This document shows positions 56,659 through 64,000 of a stretch of DNA of 64,000 bases, in pieces (the first letter of the stretch is position 1; the number at the start of each line of letters is the position of its first letter). The notes beneath the pieces are model-generated. The model had not been told where the DNA came from and did no database searches. It worked only from the letters and a program-made list of their open reading frames with translations. The position numbers were made by a program, and so were the translations under genes. The DNA comes from Azolla caroliniana (lineage: Eukaryota > Plantae > Polypodiophyta): positions 3,162,001-3,226,000 of the forward strand of contig JBHGNT010000010.1 of assembly GCA_043228905.1 (NCBI GenBank), in the 5' to 3' direction.

Positions 56659-59066
56659 ATGGCCATGACCTACGGCAAACACTCAAGGTATGCTTAAATC
56701 TAATAGCTTGTTAAATCATTGTTTATCATAACAGAATACACACATCATCGATAAATATCACTTATTTTTAATGTAGAGTTACATCAGTGTTGGATGATGC
56801 AAAGGATCTACATGTGATTAAGGACAAGTTTAATAGAACTCGAGACCTCTCTCCAAGGTCTATAAATGATCTCATCCTATGCTAAATCTAGTCTTCGTGT
56901 AACATCTTTTGGATTCTCATTTTCAAATATAATGGACAAATATTATTTTGAATTCGTACAATCTGCACCTCAATTACGTTTTGATATATTGTGGAATCAG
57001 ACAAGGTGTCGAGCATGCTGTCTTCTTGAATTTTCCATACCTTCAAGGTGACCAAGAAGCACAAATTTTGCTTGCTATCTATAACCTACAATTTCAATTT
57101 GATGGCATTCTTCAACTTGCAGTAGGTACGAGCCTTTGAAACTTTTTTCGTGTGCTTCAAACATGTGTACGATGTCATTCATACTTATTAGTCAAGAATT
57201 CTCGTGTGACAATCACACAATTTTGAGGTATATGCCTAGTTGTGTGTGTGTGTGTGTGTTGATTCTGTGTTGGCCTTCAAATATGTGCAAACTATTATTT
57301 ATTTATTTAGTATTTAACAAAATGTACTCAATGTATGCAGGCCGTGTTCTCAACAAGCAAAGCATCTGTACTCATGCATTGGTTATTCGTTTTCCTAGCA
57401 TTGAAGTTCTACTTGCTTATTACAAATCAGATGCTCATTCCAATCTTTCTGCAAGGATTGCTCCATTTTTACATGTAACTACCATCCAAATGAACATCTT
57501 TTGTCGTTGGTGGTATTATATCTTTCTCATGACACCAAAGTAGAAAAGAGCAGCGTTTGCATTGAGCATAACACTGATGTATCGTGTTGTTGGTTGTGAA
57601 TCTCCATATTTTGTCCTTAGCATTCTAAAATGCTTTGTAGGGTCGCTACACTGTAGATTACTTAACATCATTTCTTGATCACATCCATGGTGGATCGGTA
57701 AGTACTTCCTACATCATGACGAAATGTTCGAAATCATGATAAAATGTCATAATTTAAGAGTTTTGTGACAACAGCGTGCCTTGAAATGGATAAACCTTAC
57801 TTTTCTGAGGTTCAAAGACAATCTCCATCCAGGAACTATTGAAAATGTTGTGAAATCTCTATTGGATTTAGAACAACTGCAATACATCAAAGAGTTGAAT
57901 GTGGGTGAGTGATATAGCCATGTCTATTTTTCTCCCTTTTCATTCTTTACCTATTGTAGCGTTAAGTGACAAATTGATGTGTGTTGTCTTGCATTGTACA
58001 GGCGAAAATCTTGTTGTCAGGGATAATACATTCTCACATGCATTTGGGGTATATTTGTCATCAGGTATTTCCTGTGAGACTTGAGACTTAGTTTTTGTGA
58101 CACTCTCATAAATAGTTTTCAATGTGAAAATAGAATGAAAATGGGCATCTTCACACATTTGAAGCAAAAATGAAACCTATAATGCATACCTATTGTTCGA
58201 ATGATAGACATATCTTTCTTAGGAATATAAGTATAGAAAGGACCATGTAAGTGTATAATTGTATGATGATTCAAGGTCTAGGTAGGAGAGATAGCAACCA
58301 CAATACACTACTCAAATTTCACATATAATTGATCGTGCACTTCTGTGAATCCAATTTTTGCACATTATATTCGCTTGTATATGATATTTCAAGATCTATC
58401 TTTCAAAAGATGAATACATCATACCATTACATATTATTCAAATTTTATAACACATTCGACATGACTACACCCAACTAGTTGCAACATATAACACATACAT
58501 ACAAATATTATAGAAGAATTGCTTTTTGTACAATATGGTTTAGGACATAAGAATAAATGGGAGGGGACACTGGGGAGAGATTCCAATTGTGATTTTGGCT
58601 TTATGAGGTAATGGAAAAATCGGTCGGGTTCAACAAATGATAAAACTTTTTGAAAAAACTATAATCAGAGTTTGCAATAGCACCCAACTTTGGGGCTTCC
58701 AATAATTTTTATTAGATAAGATGTATCATGTAGCATATAGATAATAGACCAAAAAGCCTACATGAACAACCAAACAAACACTACCTAGAAATTAAACAAG
58801 AGAAAGAACCAATAGGAAAATTTCCAAAATTTTCTTTTGAATGATTGCTTTTTTACAGGTGAAGACTTGGATAGATTGCTAAGTGATCCATGCTATGTTT
58901 CTGTAAGTTTCTCTTTCATAGCTTAGATGTCCATGCTTTCCTTGGAAAATATCATGAGTTAAAGTATGTGGTACAGGTCCTTGATGATAAAGTTGTTCCC
59001 GCAAGCGCCAAGATTTCCTCAGTGAGATTCTTGGCGTTTGTACCAGTTTTGACAGCTCGTTTGTGA
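56659..59066 (+). CDS. Stress-responsive A/B barrel (double Dabb) protein, UP3-like, ~250 aa. Coding exons: 56659-56687, 56777-56857, 57001-57125, 57341-57474, 57641-57697, 57775-57904, 58002-58064, 58859-58902, 58977-59066
   Basis: All introns are GT..AG and phase-consistent, giving a 753-nt ORF. Domain 1: VEHAVFL..G..THALVIRFPS.E.L..Y...AH. Domain 2: FLRFKD..GENL..FSHAF..EDLD. C-terminus is ARL-stop. Probable 5' UTR exon at 56340-56396. Confidence 0.8.
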
Positions 59067-61336
59067 GTGGTTGATGTCATTTATCATTGAGCTCACTTTG
59101 GAGGTGTGTAACATCAATGAGTAATGCTCGCTTTTCATTGGGATGGAATAGTACAATTTTCAAGTTTTGAGACAACAAATCTTGCATGGCTTGTTCATTC
59201 TTGTTATTGAACAAGAATTACTTCTATTTGCAAGTAAAATAAGATGTCCTTTTGTTGTTAGAGGAGGTTTCATTGGAAACAATTGTATGCTTCGATATTC
59301 ATCACATGTGAGGATGCATATGTAACCCATAACATGATCACATTGTTCACTATTGAAGCGTAGAGAAAAAATGTGGATGTCCATTTTAGACGGTAATGTA
59401 AACTCAAGTTATTGAAAAGAGATCCATCCCTAATGGTTTGAGATGAGTAAACTTTCTTCCAAATTCTTGATTTGATGGCATTTTGGATGCTACACTTGGT
59501 TGGCAACAAGAGATTACACTAGTTTAACAAGTTGTATGAACGTGAGAATTGTCTTGATATGTAGTTGATGAAGCATTACATATCAACATAATAGTCATGG
59601 TAACATGTCCCGTAATGTGAACTGCAATCTCTCATGTCACCAAAAGAGTCCTCTAGGAAGATGCACAGGGAGATTTTATTTGGTATTGCAACTTTGATAG
59701 TGCCAATCTAGTTGGATGATCCATAAATAACAAGTTGATATGTAATTTAGTAAATTGAAAGAACGTAAACCTCAAGGCAAAAAAACAATCATTCTATTTC
59801 TATATTCACTCGATTAAGTTACCTCAATAAACTTTGTTGTATTCTATTTGCTAACTAATGCGAAGTAGTGGTTTTTTTGGAAAAAAAAAAGTTACCTCAA
59901 TAAAATACAAGGCAAGAGATATGTTGGTGTTACGGTCGTGGAACCAAACAAGAGAATTTAACACTTTGATGATGATGTCTTTAAATAACAAACTTCACAT
60001 AGTAAGAGTAAAAAGTGCTCCTATTTATATCGAGAGGAGAGGGATTAATAGAGATTTCATATCCTTAATGCATCAATGCAAATGAACGAATAGGAATAAA
60101 ACCCTCTATACATACATGTACGAAGATCTCATTTCTACCCTCGAATCATGCCCATCATATAAAGTTATTCCTGAGAGACGAAACAAACGTACTAAGGCTT
60201 GGGGCGTGTGGGGGGGGGGGGGGGATGGGCATGCTTGACAATATGTACATTGTCCGAATAAGACAATGCTTGATAAGTAAGACACAGAGACCGATTCCAC
60301 TCAAACATGATCAAGAACAGAGGAACAACGAGCGGATCGAAAGGACAAGGGGAGGGAAGGACGAATCCATCGAGGTGGTCGAGGATAGTTATGCCGAGGT
60401 TTGAGACTGAGAATTTCAATGCCGATGAAGAACGGAGGGGGGGGGTCGAGATGTCCTAGATCTCATAGCAAGGAATTAGAAGCAAGGTCATAGTGGCCTT
60501 CGGGTGGGGGACAAAAAAACTCGTATAGTGCCCCTAGACAGGATGGGGGTCGCAAGAAACTTGCCTAGTAATATGTATGTGTGGGCGAGAGCCGTGTCTC
60601 GACACAACTCCCTCTTTAATTCATCTTTGGAGCTTACACATAGTCATTTATAAGTAGTAGGGGTTTTGAAGGTATTTCATTTGCTTGGGAAATTTGGATG
60701 TCTCTAGTTTTAGAGCCATTTTGTTCCCTTTTTGGTAGAGTTTATATCAGCAGTTACATTAGGCATAAGGCACGTGTGTGGTTTTAGAAATCAGGTGAAT
60801 ACCCCTCCTCCCGCACGTGTGAATAATATGCCTTTTTAAAAATGATTTATGTTTTGCTAATTAAAAAAAAACTAAAATTTAAAAAAAAAAAGAGGTTTTG
60901 TTTTCTATTTGCAATAATAGCCTCTTAACAAAATATTTGTTTATTTGAGTTAAAAAAAGAAGATATATTTGTATATGTATGTATGTACGTCTATAATTTC
61001 CCAATTTTCTAGTTTATTATATCAAAAATTTTCAACAAAATTAAACATTTGTTGTTTGTGTTTTCTCCACATATTCTTTATTTACTAATGTTTTCTATTT
61101 GTTTCCTTTATATATATATATATTTTTCTATTTAATAAAATTATAGTATTTCTATTTATAATTCATTTAATGTGTTTTCCTGTTTTTTTTTATATTTTTG
61201 TCCTTATTACTAGTATTTTATGTATTAGTTTTTTAAAGAAAAATAATTTTCTCTATTTTCCACAATCAATTTTTTAGCTCACATTTTCTGAGCTTTGGCT
61301 ATGGAAGGTGAACTGCAGAACACAGACACAGACCTT

Positions 61337-61482
61337 AAAACCCTAAAACCCCCCAAACCCTAGATCTCTCTCACCATAGAAGGAGGATAGGTTGTTTCCC
61401 AGCACAAGAAGAAACCCTAATCTCTCATCCTCAGTGAAACAACATTACAACAAGAAACCCTAAACCCTAAACCCTAAACCTT
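61337..61482 (+). promoter_or_regulatory. Cluster of telo-box-like AAACCCTA motifs upstream of COPT
   Basis: Several AAACCCTA(A) copies, including a tandem run at ~61455-61482. Confidence 0.5.
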
Positions 61483-61579
61483 AAATTTCAAAGCACAGTA
61501 GAGAAGTGTAGCCATGGATTAAAAAGGAAACGAAGGAAGATCCTAACTGAGAGAAAAGAAGGGGTGGGGAAAAGAAAAA

Positions 61580-62119
61580 ATGCAACAAAACCCTAACCCT
61601 AACTCCAAGCAGGATGCAGAGATGATGTACAGGCATTTCTACGTGAGTGACAAGGTAGAGCAGCTGTTCTTCAAGGAATGGTCGCCGCACAGTCCTGTGA
61701 CCTATGCCCTAACCCTAGCCGCTGTCCTAATACTCGCCATTTTCCACGAGTGGTTCGCCGATCTGCACAGGAGGAGTTTAGGGTTTCTGAATGAGCAAGC
61801 AGTTAGCTACAGCGTTGGAGGTGTGTCGAACCCTAATTCCCTGTCTGTGTCCTCATCGTCGTTTTCTTTTACTTCATATTCTCCGTCTTCGATCTCTGCT
61901 CTGATCAGTGCGAAGAAGGTTTCTGAGCTCCTAACGCACATTCTTCGTCTGCGCGGAGTTCGGCTCATGTTTGTGGCGATGACCTATGTCTTGCATTCTG
62001 CAACTGGTTTTTTGCTCATGCTTGCCGTCATGAGCTTCAATGTCGGGATCTTCTTCTCTGTTCTCGCTGGCCTCGCCCTCGGATTCATCCTCTTTCGCGT
62101 TAATCACCTCTCCCGGTAA
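61580..62119 (+). CDS. COPT: Ctr/COPT family copper transporter (179 aa, intronless)
   Basis: LFFKEW precedes TM1 (YALTLAAVLILAIFHEWF). TM2 has MxxxM (MLAVM) followed by SFNVG. TM3 has GxxxG (GLALG). Confidence 0.9.
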   Translation: MQQNPNPNSKQDAEMMYRHFYVSDKVEQLFFKEWSPHSPVTYALTLAAVLILAIFHEWFADLHRRSLGFLNEQAVSYSVGGVSNPNSLSVSSSSFSFTSYSPSSISALISAKKVSELLTHILRLRGVRLMFVAMTYVLHSATGFLLMLAVMSFNVGIFFSVLAGLALGFILFRVNHLSR

Positions 62120-62123
62120 AAGA

Positions 62124-63260
62124 TAAACCCTAATCTTACTCCTAATTCTGAGTCATTATGCTAACCCTAAACCTAGAGTCATTAATCCTAACCCTAACCC
62201 TAACCCTAGTTCTACACTATAATCCTAACCCTAAACCTAATCCTAGTTCTATATTATAATCCTAACCCTAATCCTAGTTCTACACTATAATCCTAACCCT
62301 AACCCTAACCCTAACCCTAGTTCTACACTATAATCCTAACCCTAAACCTGATCCTAGTTCTACACTATAATCCTATCCCTAAACCTGATCCTAGTTCTAC
62401 ACTATAATCCTAACCCTAACCCTAACCCTAGTTCTACACTATAATCTTAACCCTTAACCTGGATCATCACAATCGTAGAGACAATTCTGAACATTTAGTA
62501 TATTCGTATTTATACTTAAATAAACCCTAACCATAATCCCAGGGCATTGGCCTCGCTCTGTCGCCATTTATCAGCAAAATCGGAACCCTAATTCTTGATC
62601 AAGACACCGTCATTCAAATTATAGATGAATATTTCCCCCGAACCCTAACCTTAACTCTATATTAAGTATAGCTCCTAATTCTCTCCTTAAACCTAATCCT
62701 ACTGCGACATTAATATCAATTCCAACCATGACCCGTGCTCTAAACCCTACCACCTACATCCTAGGCTTTGAATAACTGGAACCCTAATCTTATGGCAACC
62801 TAAACCCTACGATTACTCTCATATTAACCCTCACCCTGCTACCGTAAGCTTACACCCTAACCCTGTGAGCCCTAAACCCTCGCCTTCCTACAGGAAGCCT
62901 AAACCCTAAGCCTGTATGATCCCAAAATCCTCATCTTGCATGAGCCCTAATGCAAAACCCTACATTAACCGTTAGCCTAATCCCGGCATTATTCCTAATC
63001 GTACTTCTAAACCGTAATAACCCAACTCCTCGATCCGAATACCCCTGATCCAAAACCTTAATAATCCTAGTTCCAAAATCTTCGCAGGTACTAACCTCAG
63101 TCCTAAATCCTAATAACCCTCGTCGTAAACCCTACATTTCAGCCATGGCGTAGTCCTAAACCCTACACTTGAAGTATAACCCTAACCCTAACCCTAACCC
63201 TACACTTGAAGTATAACCCCAACCCCAACCTTAACCCTAATCATAACCCTAACACTATAT
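62124..63260 (+). repeat. Degenerate telomere-like array (CCCTAA mixed with CCCTAAA) with a 31-43-bp minisatellite core
   Basis: About seven units of AGTTCTACACTATAAT(CCTAAC)n at 62207-62460; scattered AACCCTAA up to ~63255. Confidence 0.85.
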
Positions 63261-63509
63261 TAAGCCTCTCCCCACCCATGTCCTAAGAGATCTTCCATGT
63301 GTAATTTGCTTGCAACTTTGATGCCATGTATGTATGTATGTATCTATATGTGTGTCTGAGATCAACGGATTTTTGATGAATCTACTGACTATGTGTGGCA
63401 ACCCTAACAAGGAAAGCAGGGCCAGATGGTGTTCTTAATGATGATTAGGGTAAAAAAGAGTGTGCTTTGTGAGACAGATGAGCACAGGGGGGATCGATCC
63501 TAATGATAT

Positions 63510-63800
63510 ATGGCTGTCTATGTCTATGTCTATGTCCGCCCGCGTGTGCCTATGTTATGTCTTATGTCCGGTGGAATGTAGCGATCCTTTGTCCACGTAT
63601 ATGTCTTATGTCCGGCAGAATGTAGCGAGCCTATGACCGCTCAGATGTCCGTGTCCGGTAGAAGAATGTAGCGAGCCTATGTCCGCCCAAGTGTCCATGT
63701 CCGGTCGAGTGTAGCGAACCTATGTCCAGTAGAATGTAGGAGCCCATGTCCGCGCTTATGTCCACTTAAATGTCTATAACTACGCAAATGTCTATGTCCG
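63510..63800. repeat. Degenerate short tandem repeats
   Basis: TATGTCCG..GAATGTAGCGA(G/T/A)CC recurs about five times. Confidence 0.65.
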
Positions 63801-64000
63801 CCCCTAGGTGCAGACCATACTTCTATTCAAGTGAGTGACTTGCCAGAGTATACATGGGGTGCATGTAGCTCAACACCTAAAGTCAGTCTCGTGATTTACC
63901 CCCACTATAACATTGGTAAAAGGTTGTTTGGCCAAAATCAGCACCATAGACAAGGAGGTGGTTTGGTGGAGACCACATGGTCATGTCTTTTCTTTGTCTA

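Noticed and set aside
59922-60606. Possible solo LTR or TE fragment between the two genes
   Set aside because: No convincing terminal repeats, TSD or paralogue in the window.
62124-63260. A true chromosome end
   Set aside because: The repeats are degenerate, interspersed and followed by unique sequence, and C-strand on plus is the wrong orientation for a right-hand telomere.

Overview
Eukaryotic, repeat-rich genomic DNA, most likely from a land plant; the TE types suggest a seed-free lineage such as a fern, but this is inference. Bases 1-~52,000 are a nested retrotransposon cluster that I resolved by matching LTR ends and target-site duplications (TSDs). It holds a decayed LINE; two intact, very young Tnt1-like Copia elements (247-5547, 6316-11675); and an old chromodomain Gypsy (6272-51772). 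The Gypsy hosts a minus-strand Copia (16141-50136), which hosts three copies of an unusual Gypsy family, a gag-only relative, another Copia and a solo LTR, giving up to five nesting levels. The unusual family has TGTCG..CGACA ends, 4-bp TSDs centred on CpG, a tRNA-Trp primer site and a conserved -1 frameshift signal after the protease. Its non-autonomous relative carries a tRNA-like Pol III A/B-box cassette inside the LTR. The last ~12 kb holds a 9-exon double Dabb (stress-responsive A/B barrel) gene ending in a PTS1-like ARL, an intronless Ctr/COPT copper transporter, and a degenerate telomere-like CCCTAA/CCCTAAA array. All calls were made by eye; no database search or alignment program was run.
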